Source: Candidatus Poribacteria bacterium (lineage in GTDB: Bacteria > Poribacteria > WGA-4E > WGA-3G). From it: 64,000 bases of DNA. The first letter of the stretch is position 1, and each line of letters begins with the position of its first letter. Below the pieces are notes generated by a model. It was not told where the DNA came from, ran no database searches, and worked only from the letters and a program-made list of their open reading frames with translations. Positions 1-10,474 of this stretch are shown piece by piece. The stretch is taken from assembly GCA_963663765.2 (NCBI GenBank), contig CAXXUA010000006.1, positions 352,001 to 416,000 on the forward strand, in the 5' to 3' direction. A program made the position numbers and the translations under genes.

Positions 1-32
1 TTTTCAACCCCGATCGTCAAAACCCATGCAGT

Positions 33-1250
33 GTCCTCTGTGCTTTTGTCTGAACCAGGATTTTCAGGATTTACGGATTTTAAGGATTAGTGTCTTGTGC
101 GGTCTGATGCTATTCACAAGGAAGCCTAAACGCACACAAAAATACCTGGATGTGGGAAATCTTGTCCATCTGGTAATCCTGTACATCCAGGTTCAGACAA
201 TACACCCGAGGACAGTCGCGACCGGGAGGTCGCTCCTACCAAGAGGGCTTCTCCGCGTGCCTCCGCGTCCTCTGTGCTTTTGTCTGAACCAGGATTTTCA
301 GGATTTTGTGATTTTCAGGATTAGTGTCTTGTGCGGTCTGATGCTATTCACAAGGAAGCCTAAACGCACACAAAAATACCTGGATGTGGGAAATCTTGTC
401 CATCTGGTAATCCTGTACATCCAGGTTCAGACAATACACCCGCGGACAGTCGCGACCGGGAGGTCGCTCCTACCAAGAGGGCTTCTCCGCGTGCCTCCGC
501 GTCCTCTGTGCTTTTGTCTGAACCAGGATTTTCAGGATTTTGTGATTTTCAGGATTAGTGTCTTGTGCGGTCTGATGCTATTCACAAGGAAGCCTAAACG
601 CACACAAAAATACCTGGATGTGGGAAATCCTCTCCATCTGGTAATCTTGTCCATCCAGGTTCAGACAATACACCCGCGGACAGTCGCGACCGGGAGGTCG
701 CTCCTACCAAGAGGGCTTCTCCGCGTGCCTCCGCGTCCTCTGTGCTTTTGTCTGAACCAGGATTTTCAGGATTTACGGATTTTTAGGATTAGTGTCTTGT
801 GCGGTCTGATGCTATTCACAAGGAAGCCTAAACGCACACAAAAATACCTGGATGTGGGAAATCCTATCCATCTGGTAATCCTGTACATCCTGGTTCAGAC
901 AATACACCCGAGGACAGTCGCGACCGGGAGGTCGCTCCTACCAAGAGGGTTTCTCCGCGTGCCTCCGCATCCTCTGGGATTTTGTCTGAACCAGGATTTT
1001 CAGGATTTACGGATTTTTAGGATTAGTGTCTTGTGCGGTCTGATGCTATTCACAAGGAAGCCTAAACGCACACAAAAATACCTGGATGTGGGAAATCCTA
1101 TCCATCTGGTAATCCTGTACATCCTGGTTCAGACAATACACCCGCGGACAGTCGCGACCGGGAGGTCGCTCCTACCAAGAGGGCTTCTCCGCGTGCCTCC
1201 GCGTCCTCTGAGATTTTGACTGAACCAGGATTTTCAGGATTTTGTGATTA
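33..1250. repeat. Tandem repeat, 234-bp unit, about 5.2 copies
   Basis: The TCTGTGCTTT register recurs at 37, 271, 505, 739, 973, 1207 (last two diverged). Each unit has a TGTCTGAACCAGGAT...ATCC(A/T)GGTTCAGACA long palindrome plus a GTAG-type REP (GTCGCGACCGGGAGGTCGCTCCTACC). Confidence 0.95.
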
Positions 1251-1448
1251 CCAGGATTTCCCACATCCAGGTATATATGATGTGCGTTTAGGCTTACTTT
1301 TAGATAGGGTCAGACTGCACCGAACTTTAATCCTGAAAATCTGGTAATCCTGTCCATCCTGGTTCAGACAATTGGAGCAACCCCCTTGCAAGAAACCTGA
1401 CAAATTTGGTATACTACACCAACAAATAACAAAAATGGAGATATACAC

Positions 1449-3317
1449 ATGCCAACAAAACACACACGTAACACAGTACACATAACACTATACCTACTGC
1501 TTTTCAGCCTATCTACCTTATTCGCGCAAACCCCCGATACCTCTGTCGATCTACCCGACGGTGCAAAAGCACAGCTCGGTAAAGGACACATACACGAAGT
1601 CAAATATAGTCCAGACGGCACGCAGCTTGTAGTCGCAACAGAACTTGGCATCTGGATATATGACGCATTCAAACATAAACCCATTCACTGGCTCACTAAA
1701 CACAACTATCCTATCCTACAAATCGTTTTTAGTCCGGATGGCAACCTGTTCGCAAGTAAGGATAATAGGTCGCATGTCCACCTATGGGACAGCAAAACAG
1801 GCGAACACAAATATAAACTTGACAATAAAGAATTTATCATAGAAATGGTTTTCACCACAGATTTAGACGCCATCATGACAGTAAACACTATCGGGCAAGT
1901 GATCTATTGGGATACTGAGACAGGTGAAAAGAAGAAAGAGATCGCACAGATAGATGAAATAAAAGAAGGTCTTTTCAGATGTATCATCAGTCCCAAAGTC
2001 TTTCTACTCGCAACCTCACATCAACACAACGTGGTAGAGTTATGGGACATATTAACAGGTGAAAACACGCATACACTTGAGGGACATGAAGCCACCCCGC
2101 TCAAACTGGCATTCAGCCCGGATGGTGCAACATTGGTCAGCTCAGGATTGGACGGGAATGCCCGAATCTGGAACACAGATACTGGCAAACAGAAACACAC
2201 CATTGGAGATCAAAACATCGCGTTTATGAGCCTCGCGTTCAGTCCCGATGGCGGTGTATTCGCCACAGGTGACTTTTTCGGTGTTATCAACATCTATCAG
2301 TCAGACAGCGGCAAACGTTTAAAGAGGCATCTAATACATCAAGATATGGTAGAAACCATAGACTTCAGCCCGGATTTACGCACCGCTGCAAGTGCCAGTT
2401 TGGACGGCACACTCAGCTTATGGAATGTCGGCTCCGGTAAAAAGATGCACACCTATGACGATCACTTAGGTGGGTTCGCCTGTTTCGCCTACAGCCCGGA
2501 TGGCAAAACCATCGTCTCTCCGAGTTTGGATCGTACCGTGTGGCTGTGGAACGCTACCACCACCAAGATAAACAGCAGCTTTCACAAAGAGGGTTACTTC
2601 AAAGTCGCTGACGTTGCGTTCAGTCCGGATGGCAAAACCATCGCCACCGCCAGTTACGGAGATTACATCATGCTGTGGGATGCGAAAACGGGTGACCGGA
2701 AGAGTAGGTTGCAGGGACATGAGTCCGATGCGTTGAGTGTGACCTTTAGTCCGGACGGCAAAACCATCGCCACTGGCAGTGCTGATAACACCGTCCGTCT
2801 CTGGGATACCGAAACAGGTCAACACAAGCACACGTTCAAAGGACATACGAACAAAGTCAATGAAGTTGTATATCATCCGGATGGTAAAACCATTATCACT
2901 GGCAGTGATGATAGGACAGTCCGCCACTGGAATGCTGACACAGGCGAACAGAACCACATGCATTTACGTGCAAATGCTATCTCCAGTCTCACCTATAGTT
3001 CTGATGGGAAAACCATCGCAATCGCAGACAGCACAAAAACCATCGTTCTATGGAATGGCAACATCAACTCAGCAAAGAAAACGCTTGTAAAACAAGAGGA
3101 AAATGTCACCAGTCTCGCTTTTAGTCCGGATGGGAAACACCTTGTGACCGGCAGTCCCACAGGCAAGGTCCGCGTATTAGAAGCGACGACAGGCAACGCA
3201 ATTCGCTTGTATGCAGGGCACCGCACCACAGTAGAGAACGTTGCGTTCGCCTCCGATGGCAAAACCTTCGCTAGCCAGTGTGAAAAAGGCATCCTCATGC
3301 TGTGGAATGCGCCGTAA
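1449..3317 (+). CDS. Secreted WD40-repeat beta-propeller protein
   Basis: Signal peptide, LPDGAKAQLGKG N-terminal motif, about 13 GH...FSPDG...W(D/N) repeats, GGAG RBS. Confidence 0.93.
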   Translation: MPTKHTRNTVHITLYLLLFSLSTLFAQTPDTSVDLPDGAKAQLGKGHIHEVKYSPDGTQLVVATELGIWIYDAFKHKPIHWLTKHNYPILQIVFSPDGNLFASKDNRSHVHLWDSKTGEHKYKLDNKEFIIEMVFTTDLDAIMTVNTIGQVIYWDTETGEKKKEIAQIDEIKEGLFRCIISPKVFLLATSHQHNVVELWDILTGENTHTLEGHEATPLKLAFSPDGATLVSSGLDGNARIWNTDTGKQKHTIGDQNIAFMSLAFSPDGGVFATGDFFGVINIYQSDSGKRLKRHLIHQDMVETIDFSPDLRTAASASLDGTLSLWNVGSGKKMHTYDDHLGGFACFAYSPDGKTIVSPSLDRTVWLWNATTTKINSSFHKEGYFKVADVAFSPDGKTIATASYGDYIMLWDAKTGDRKSRLQGHESDALSVTFSPDGKTIATGSADNTVRLWDTETGQHKHTFKGHTNKVNEVVYHPDGKTIITGSDDRTVRHWNADTGEQNHMHLRANAISSLTYSSDGKTIAIADSTKTIVLWNGNINSAKKTLVKQEENVTSLAFSPDGKHLVTGSPTGKVRVLEATTGNAIRLYAGHRTTVENVAFASDGKTFASQCEKGILMLWNAP

Positions 3318-3575
3318 TCGTCCACCCATGGTAGGCCGGGAATCATGCAGATTACCCATAGGTGTCAACTTAAGAAAAAAGTGTTGGCATATTCTCTTTT
3401 GGTAGGTGTTTTCAACCCCATAGGTGTCAACTTAAGAAAAAGTCAAGTGCTAAATACCCCATCCCGGTAGGCGTGCTTTGTAAGTGCGCCGATAAACACA
3501 CGATTGGCAACGGCGCGCTTACAAAGCACGCCTACCGTTGGGGGCGCGCTTACAAAGCACGCCTACCACTGAGGG

Positions 3576-5232
3576 CTTTCTTTTACCCATAAGTTTTCAG
3601 CTATAGTGTCTATCAAGGTTGTTTAGCTGGTATTGTTTTGTCCAGCCGCTTGAAAGAGAGCATAGGTGGCAGCAATATCAGAAAGCCTTTTCCATCCTCG
3701 CCAGATAACAGTCACCCCCGGATTGCCATCGGACTTGCGTGCTAAAAATCCACCGAGTTTAGCAATCCAGACAACGACTTCAGACACTCTCGGTATTTTT
3801 TCGGGTAAAATTTGGGTCTTATGCGTTATACAGTAAAGTGCTTGCCATTCTATCTCTGTCAACACGCTCGTGCAATCTACATCCGGTGAGTGCCGATTGA
3901 TGTGGGTCAGCCAGTAAAGTCGCCACGCAATTACACTCAGCAATGCGATATAGCGTTCAAGCCGGTCTTTGGTCTGCAAACGAACTGCCTCCGCCTTCAT
4001 CCCAGATTTGAGCACTTTAAAATAAACTTCAATGTGCCAGCGTTGGCGATACCAGCTTATCCTTTCAACCGCATCGGCGAAGTCCGACACTTCTACATTT
4101 GTTATCAGAAGCCATTCCAAGGGCGTAGCACCCTCAGGCGGGTTTTTCTCTACTACCCATACAAGATACACATCTACAGCAGGCAACTCTTGTGATCGTG
4201 ATGCTTGTGAACGATGTGGTGGGCGAAGCGTCGCTGTTGTAAAATGGACACTCAAGGTCGCCTCACGAGCAGGTTGAGACGCACGCACTGGCACTTGTGC
4301 CGTAATCTCGCCAATAACAGGTTGACTTCTCACCAAATCACTCAGTTTACCGACATCAGCAGCAACCACACGATCCTGAGCCGCGCGTATCACAAAAGGC
4401 AGTTCTTTTGCCTCTACGAAAAACTCGTAAATATCTGCTTCACGATCACACACACAAATCACCTCAACATCTGCTAATGTGTCTGAACGCAACGCTGATA
4501 ATGCCTCAATCCATTTGTAGCTCTCTTTTTCTATGAGCGGTCTGAACTTAGGGGCACTTTGAACGGAGGGTTCGCGAACCCAAACTTTATCTGTCAGACA
4601 CCCTAACGGAAGACCCGCATCACTTACAATGAGGGTCGTGTGTTTGACAAGTCCCTGAATCTGTTGAGACTTGGTGCCGATTGAACCTAAACCCTCTGTT
4701 GCTGGGTGATCAGTGTAATTAAGAAAAGTCGTATCTTGTATCGCAAAAACACGACGATTTTTACACATCCGTTCAAGTGTTCTTTCAAAATGCGGTTTGA
4801 ATATCTTTTCCGATGAGACTTTTTCATTGTCAATTAAACGATAGGCTGCTTTCACTGACGCCCAATCGCCACACGCAGCGTTGATCGCCGAACCGGGTTG
4901 TGCCTCTAAAGCCTCCGCAATGCTGAGCAGCCGTTCATTGAGACGCATATCTCCCAAATCAAGACCTTCAAACTCTTGACGGCTCCAAGATGCAGATAAC
5001 TCTTGATCGTTTTCAGGATTGTGTAAAGACATCATTCACTCCTATAGCATAAGCGTAATAAATGTTTATCGACTTTGTAAATATCACTTTTGAACATAAC
5101 ATATTTGCTTTTGCTATGCAAGGAATATTAGAACTGACTTGAAAACTATACCATCTTTACCAAAACAACAGACATAACTCAACAAAAAAGAAGATGTTTA
5201 CTCAATACATCAAACTTATGGGTAAAAGTAAG
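3576..5232 (-). mobile_element. IS4-family (IS50/Tn5-like) insertion sequence
   Basis: 21-bp TIR CTT(T/A)CTTTTACCCATAAGTTT at both ends; 9-bp TSD CACTGAGGG (3567-3575, 5233-5241); inserted in a REP tandem array. Confidence 0.93.
3623..5035 (-). CDS. IS4-family DDE transposase
   Basis: LGDMRLNERL, IQDTT, CDREADIY, YRQRWHIEVYFKVLKSG and KLGGFLARKSDGNPG..IWRGW motifs of IS50/Tn5-type Tnp. Confidence 0.93.
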   Translation of the reverse strand: MMSLHNPENDQELSASWSRQEFEGLDLGDMRLNERLLSIAEALEAQPGSAINAACGDWASVKAAYRLIDNEKVSSEKIFKPHFERTLERMCKNRRVFAIQDTTFLNYTDHPATEGLGSIGTKSQQIQGLVKHTTLIVSDAGLPLGCLTDKVWVREPSVQSAPKFRPLIEKESYKWIEALSALRSDTLADVEVICVCDREADIYEFFVEAKELPFVIRAAQDRVVAADVGKLSDLVRSQPVIGEITAQVPVRASQPAREATLSVHFTTATLRPPHRSQASRSQELPAVDVYLVWVVEKNPPEGATPLEWLLITNVEVSDFADAVERISWYRQRWHIEVYFKVLKSGMKAEAVRLQTKDRLERYIALLSVIAWRLYWLTHINRHSPDVDCTSVLTEIEWQALYCITHKTQILPEKIPRVSEVVVWIAKLGGFLARKSDGNPGVTVIWRGWKRLSDIAATYALFQAAGQNNTS

Positions 5233-5975
5233 CACTGAGGGAAGGGGCGCGCTTACAAAGCACGCCTACAATCGGGGGAAGGGGCGCGCTTACAAAGCAC
5301 GCCTACCGTTGGGGGAAGGGGCGCGCTTACAAAGCACGCCTACCATTGAGGGAAGGAGCGCGCTTACAAAGCACGCCTACCATTGGGGAACATTGGGGGA
5401 AGGGGCGCGCTTACAAAGCACGCCTACCATTGGGGAAGGAGCGCGCTTACAAAGCACGCCTACAATCGGGGGAAGGGGCGCGCTTACAAAGCACGCCTAC
5501 CATTGAGGGAAGGGGCGCGCTTACAAAGCACGCCTACCATTGAGGGAAGGGGCGCGCTTACAAAGCACGCCTACCATTGAAGGAAGGGGCGCGCTTACAA
5601 AGCACGCCTACCATTGAGGGAAGGGGCGCGCTTACAAAGCACGCCTACAATCGGGGGAAGGGGCGCGCTTACAAAGCACGCCTACCATTGGGGGCGCGCT
5701 TACAAAGCACGCCTACCATTGGGGGAAGGAGCGCGCTTACAAAGCACGCCTACCACTGAGGGAAGGGGCGCGCTTACAAAGCACGCCTACCATTGAGGGA
5801 AGGGGCGCGCTTACAAAGCACGCCTACAATCGGGGGAAGGGGCGCGCTTACAAAGCACGCCTACCGTTGGGGGCGCGCTTACAAAGCACGCCTACCATTG
5901 GGGGAAGGAGCGCGCTTACAAAGCACGCCTACCACTGAGGGAAGGGGCGCGCTTACAAAGCACGCCTACCGTTGG
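5233..5975. repeat. Tandem array of REP-like hairpins, about 37-bp unit, about 20 copies
   Basis: GGCGCGCTTACAAAGCACGCCTAC repeated; on the minus strand this is GTAG + GCGTGCTT-TGT-AAGCGCGC hairpin. The array continues at 3466-3575 on the other side of the IS. Confidence 0.9.
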
Positions 5976-6256
5976 GTGCGTAAGTTCTGTACAATTAAGT
6001 TTACACTTTTTCTGTAGGTGGGGAATGCAAATAGGCGAATGCGCGTATGGCATTCGCCATGATTCATACCGTTGAATGCGATCTCTGAATAGCGACTGAA
6101 CGTCTTGATAGTCGGGAATCGGAATTCCCTCCTACCCCTGAAAGTGTAAAAATAATTCTAAAATCCACTATAATATCAGGGTTTCTACAAAAACTTTACA
6201 CACCCGGATTTCAATCTTACATTGACAATGGTGCGTTTATGTGTCAATATTAACAG

Positions 6257-6413
6257 CAGGACTTACGCAGTTTTCATGATTTGATGAAGAATTATGAGGA
6301 AAATGGTGTAATTTTCAACATTTTTTCGGTTTCCAGCGCCAAATTAACGGTATGAATGCCTTTTGGCATTCCCCGCCTACAAAGCGCGCCTACCGTTGGG
6401 TACGTAAGTCCTG
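6257..6413. mobile_element. MITE with IS701-type ends
   Basis: TIR CAGGACTTACG / CGTAAGTCCTG; 5-bp TSD AACAG; same ends as the IS at 6911-8001. Confidence 0.85.
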
Positions 6414-6464
6414 AACAGCATACGAATACTAATATTGAACTACACGCAAGGGGAAAATAATCCG

Positions 6465-6854
6465 ATGAAAAACCTTATCCATATTGATGACCAGAAAGAA
6501 TATACGCTTACAGAGTTTGCACAGATAGTAAGACGTGCGTTATCTGCTGCCGCAAATGAATGTCCGGACAACGAATATGTATATCCCGGCCGCGAGGTTT
6601 ATTTCGCTGTGTTTGACCTGCTGGGGTATGTCAATCAACGCGTGCAAGGCGAGTTTCGTCTGATACAACCGAAACATAAGGAGTATCAGATACTGTATGT
6701 GCCAGAGAAGTCTGCTCGGAACGAAGCGAATAAACCGCTGATGCATTCGCGGAAGGAAACCGCGAAATTGCTGGAACAGATGACAGGCAGACGTCCAAAT
6801 TGGGCGGACTCGCAACCGAGACGTCCGGAGGATAGTGAGATAGAAGATGGCTAA
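6465..6854 (+). CDS. Hypothetical protein, possibly MGE-derived
   Basis: Non-repetitive ORF with a purine-rich RBS; its stop overlaps the start of the disrupted HTH gene. Confidence 0.6.
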   Translation: MKNLIHIDDQKEYTLTEFAQIVRRALSAAANECPDNEYVYPGREVYFAVFDLLGYVNQRVQGEFRLIQPKHKEYQILYVPEKSARNEANKPLMHSRKETAKLLEQMTGRRPNWADSQPRRPEDSEIEDG

Positions 6855-6910
6855 GAAGTACGACTTGTGCCAGTTAACCCATTGTTTTCAAAGTTATTAC
6901 ATATATTAGG

Positions 6911-8001
6911 CAGGACTTACGCAGTCTCAAAGATTATCGATGGATTTGAGAGTTGATATCGCATATAATCATCCAATAAACTTTGTTTAAGTTCATAAAT
7001 TGTTTTGCCAAGTTTACGCGCAACACGTTTCAAACAGACCCATATTTGAAAACAACAGGCAATATGATTTCTTTGGGCACGCAACTTGCGACATTGACAT
7101 TTGCCAATACCCGTGACTTGTTTGATCTCACGATGGAGTTGTTCAATCTTCCAACGCATACGACATTCTTGGTGTGCCGCATCCGCATCCGATTGAGATA
7201 AATCGTTTGTCACAATATATTCCGTGCGCCCGGTAGAGGAGGCTATCCGGAACAACTTTACTTGATACCCTTTTGGAAACTTCTTGATGTGCACGCTTTT
7301 CCCTTGCCGGATTTCTGTCCGGGTCCAAGATAGGTCTTGGACTTGTTGGTGCGGTTGCTCGCCATCCGTATCGTTTACAAGACGATTTCGTTTCAGGGGT
7401 ACGTAGTAAATCTTAGAAAGTTTTTCAATCGCTTTCATAACTTGCATGGAGGCATACCAAGTATCCATTAGCACCGTCCGAAACGGTAACTGTTTTTTAG
7501 AGTAAGCGTTGTGCAACATTTCCAGTAAATGGTCTATTTTGGTTTTACCATCATGATCTATGTCATAAATACGGTAATCAATAATCCAATACTCTTCTGT
7601 CTTTGGATTGACATAGATACACGTCACAATACCAATGCCTTTAACGACTTTTTTGTCGCTACCACTCCACTGAGAACGGAGGACCTCAATCTCTTTCGCA
7701 TAGAGTTTAGGTAGCACAACATCGTCAAAAACAATGTAGCCATCATCATCAAACTCAATGTCGTTTTTGACCGAGTTCCAAAGTTCATTCGCGGGGATGT
7801 TTTCACCGCTCAGAAACCGATTGATTTGATCGTGGCTCCACTTATCAGTATGGTCTGCCATATAGGTTTGTGTAAAGTTTGTAAAACTTGATAACAAAAA
7901 TTGACAATAATCTGAATATAAACTTTGTTTCTTTTCGGAAAGTGTAAATGTAATCATAATGGAATAGTATAGCACAAATCTATTATAGTGCGTAAGTCCT
8001 G
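6911..8001 (-). mobile_element. IS701-family insertion sequence
   Basis: TIR CAGGACTTACGCA / TGCGTAAGTCCTG; 5-bp TSD TTAGG; the empty site is visible in the other MITE copies. Confidence 0.9.
6917..7975 (-). CDS. IS701-family DDE transposase
   Basis: SHDQINRFL, FDDVVLPK, QWSG..KVVKGIGIV, VLMDTWYA and RWKIEQLHREIKQVTG motifs. Confidence 0.88.
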   Translation of the reverse strand: MLYYSIMITFTLSEKKQSLYSDYCQFLLSSFTNFTQTYMADHTDKWSHDQINRFLSGENIPANELWNSVKNDIEFDDDGYIVFDDVVLPKLYAKEIEVLRSQWSGSDKKVVKGIGIVTCIYVNPKTEEYWIIDYRIYDIDHDGKTKIDHLLEMLHNAYSKKQLPFRTVLMDTWYASMQVMKAIEKLSKIYYVPLKRNRLVNDTDGEQPHQQVQDLSWTRTEIRQGKSVHIKKFPKGYQVKLFRIASSTGRTEYIVTNDLSQSDADAAHQECRMRWKIEQLHREIKQVTGIGKCQCRKLRAQRNHIACCFQIWVCLKRVARKLGKTIYELKQSLLDDYMRYQLSNPSIIFETA

Positions 8002-8808
8002 TTAGGTTTATAATGCATACATATCGTCCCTACGGGACTAAAGAGGATGTACTATGCCGTTTTTCTATAAACATATCGTCCCTACGGGACTAAAGATCGT
8101 TTCAAACTATGAAGGACACCTGCAAAACGCCATGCTTATGTGAAACAATGATTAACGTATAGTTATTTAGCACAATTCGTTAAGAAGTATGCGAATATGC
8201 CGTTTGCACAGATCACACAGCAGGAAGCGGAGAACCTGAACAAGAATAGAGCCTCTGGGGCAACTTGAGCAGTCTTCGCATTCTTGAAGATGAACTTCAA
8301 TACGAAAAACGGTATGCTGACGACGACTATCGGTGATGATGCGATCAACTACCAGACGATTGCGAACCGGTTGGGGTATCACCGGACGATTATTCGGCGG
8401 TCAGTGCATTGGTTAAATCGGCATCAGATGGTAAATACATACTTGGACAAATTTTTGCGGGGCGTGTCCATAATGTCCTTCCTTCCCCGCAGTCACAGCA
8501 AAATGAGAAGAAAAAATAAAATGTATACTTGTATATTGTCTGAACCAGGATTTACAGGATTAGGGTTTTGAGGAATTAAATCCATCGCGTTGGTAGGAGC
8601 GACCCGGGGAATGCCTTGGGCGAATGCGCTTGGTAGATTACGCGTATGGTATTCTACATGATTCGCCATGATTCATACCTTTGATTTACCTGTCGCGATT
8701 GTCTCGGTACTTGTCCTTCGCAGGTGATGACTGACCGCTGATGGTTATTACCGTTTCTATTCCAAACTGGTGCGATTAGAAGTTTTCCTTTTTGCAGATT
8801 TGTTAAAT

Positions 8809-9135
8809 TTATTTTTTATTGGAGCTGGTTGGTATATTTTTGAAATTAATCCCGATACTAATGACTATCCCTGTTTTTACTTCAACGATGTATGTATGAT
8901 ATTCATGAATTTTACGTTCTTTTGTTTGAGTTTCATATTCAAACTGATAGGCTTTTAGTGTGAGTTCTTCATTGACCAATCGGGGTGTTGAATACTCATA
9001 TCCTTTATAGAACACTTTAACGTGATCTATATGTTGTCCTATGAAGTTATCTTGATGTGTTTTTTCAAAGACTGGGGGATTTGTGGTGCAACTGAAAAGT
9101 GTGAGTATACAGAGTATTAATATTATTTGACGCAT
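8809..9135 (-). CDS. Small lipoprotein (paralog B)
   Basis: MRQIILILCILTLFSC lipobox; GAGG RBS; tandem duplicate of 9157-9495 at a 360-bp offset. Confidence 0.8.
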   Translation of the reverse strand: MRQIILILCILTLFSCTTNPPVFEKTHQDNFIGQHIDHVKVFYKGYEYSTPRLVNEELTLKAYQFEYETQTKERKIHEYHTYIVEVKTGIVISIGINFKNIPTSSNKK

Positions 9136-9156
9136 TTGGTTTTACCTCTATGTTGG

Positions 9157-9495
9157 TTATTTTTTATTGAAACTGGTTGGTCGGTTTTTCATTATGTTTT
9201 TGTATTCAACACCAACGGTAATGACTTTTCCTGTTTTTACTTCAACGATGTATGTATGATATTCATGAATTCTACGTTCTTTTGTTTGAGTTTCATATTC
9301 AAACAGATAGCCTTTTCGTGTGCTATCTCTATCGACCCATCGGGGTGTTGGGTGTTTATATTCTTTATAGAACTCTTTAACGTTATCTATATGTTGTCCT
9401 ATGAAGTTATTTTGGTGTCTATTTTCAAAGATTGAGGGATTTGTGGTGCAACTGAAAAGTGTGAGTATGCAGAGTATTAATATAGTTTGACGCAT
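9157..9495 (-). CDS. Small lipoprotein (paralog A)
   Basis: MRQTILILCILTLFSC lipobox; GAGG RBS; highly similar to paralog B. Confidence 0.8.
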   Translation of the reverse strand: MRQTILILCILTLFSCTTNPSIFENRHQNNFIGQHIDNVKEFYKEYKHPTPRWVDRDSTRKGYLFEYETQTKERRIHEYHTYIVEVKTGKVITVGVEYKNIMKNRPTSFNKK

Positions 9496-9679
9496 TTGGT
9501 TTTACCTCTATGTTGTTATTTTCTGAGTAATTATTATAATATATTTATGCAGAACTGATTTCATATTTGTATAGGTTTGTTTCTATTCCAAACTGATTCA
9601 ATTAGATAGAAGAAAACCCCTGCCCCTCATCAAAGGGGTAAGAGCAAAAGTTTCTATTCCAAATTAGTTCGATTAGAAA

Positions 9680-9835
9680 GACATCCAAAAACTATATTAA
9701 TATAATAACTTACCCGCTCGGTACTTGTCAAGTCAATTTTGGTTTTGCTCGGATTTTTGGGGTGTTTGCTGTCGACCTCCAATCGTGCAAAATCTCTGGG
9801 AGGTTGACAGCAGAGTTGTTGGATGTATACACGTA
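9680..9835 (-). promoter_or_regulatory. CRISPR leader of the mini-array
   Basis: CTGCTGTCAACCTCCCAGAGATTTTGCACGATTGGAGGTCGACAGCA is nearly identical to the leaders at 24744 and 61202; TTGACA-N18-TATTAT promoter at the equivalent position. Confidence 0.85.
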
Positions 9836-10474
9836 TAAATGTATACACACGACTTGTGTCAGTTAACCCATTGTTTTCAAAGTTATTACATATATTAGGT
9901 TTATAATGCGCACATATCGTCCCTACCAAATCAACCCCAAATGCGCCAAATCAACGGTATGAATGCCATTAAGGCATTCCCCGTATGGCATTTGTCGGGA
10001 CTGAAGATCGTTTCAAACTATGAAGGACACCTGCAAAACGTTATGCTTATGTGAAACAATGATTAACATATAGTTATTTAGCACAACTCGTTAATATTAT
10101 ATATGAACGGGTGAGGTGTTTGGGAGGTTTTTTGGATGTTGTTTATTGGGATTTCATATAGATATACAACGGATAATCAATTGACTGGATTGTCTGAACC
10201 AGGATTTTCAGGATTATGAGTTTTGCTCGTTATGGTGCGAATCACAAGTAATACCATTTTCATGTGATAATGTCTCATTAGCAGCGGAAATCTGGTAGGA
10301 GCGACCTCACGGTCGCGACCGGGAGGTCGCTCCTACCGAAGAGAGTAACCCCCTGCCAGTATACAGTAGAATTCCTTAATGAGACAAGATTTATTTGAAT
10401 TGGTATAAGGATAAACGCACATCATATATACCTGGATTTTTTCTGAACCAGGATTTTCAAATCAAGAAATCAAG

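Larger units (their letters stand above)
6860..8180. mobile_element. MITE (ACGACTTGTGC...GCACAA(C/T)TCGT) with a nested IS701
   Basis: TSD TAAGAAGT (6852-6859, 8181-8188); IS-free copies at 9849-10091 and 14175-14546 (TSD TATCCTT). Confidence 0.8.
6847..8571 (+). pseudogene. HTH DNA-binding or replication-like gene split by a MITE plus IS701
   Basis: Removing 6860-8180 and one TSD copy restores MAKKYANMPFAQITQQEAENLNKNRASGAT*AVFAFLKMNFNTKNG...YQTIANRLGYHRTIIRRSVHWL, an HTH-like sequence with one internal TGA. Confidence 0.6.
8753..9679 (-). CRISPR. Non-canonical mini-array: three degenerate repeats, one 41-nt spacer and one 796-nt gene-containing interval
   Basis: Minus-strand repeats 9650-9679 TTTCTAATCGAACTAATTTGGAATAGAAAC, 9579-9608 TATCTAATTGAATCAGTTTGGAATAGAAAC, 8753-8782 CTTCTAATCGCACCAGTTTGGAATAGAAAC. 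Confidence 0.85.

Noticed and set aside
26-1219. 397-aa ORF of 78-aa repeats
   Set aside because: It is the translation of a 234-bp palindrome/REP tandem whose length is a multiple of 3; no RBS and no protein-like motif.
5233-5975. REP tandem as a possible novel CRISPR-like array
   Set aside because: The intervening 7-13-nt segments are near-identical, not unique spacers, and there is no leader; the same holds for the 36-bp and 22-bp tandems.
5309-6017. ORFs with GARLQSTP / RAYKARL repeats (also 10395-10860, 16038-16496, 58347-59272)
   Set aside because: Translations of REP or minisatellite tandems.
8809-9495. Lipoprotein duplicates or WD40 internal repeats as a diversity-generating retroelement TR/VR pair
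   Set aside because: No reverse transcriptase in the window, and the differences are not restricted to adenines.
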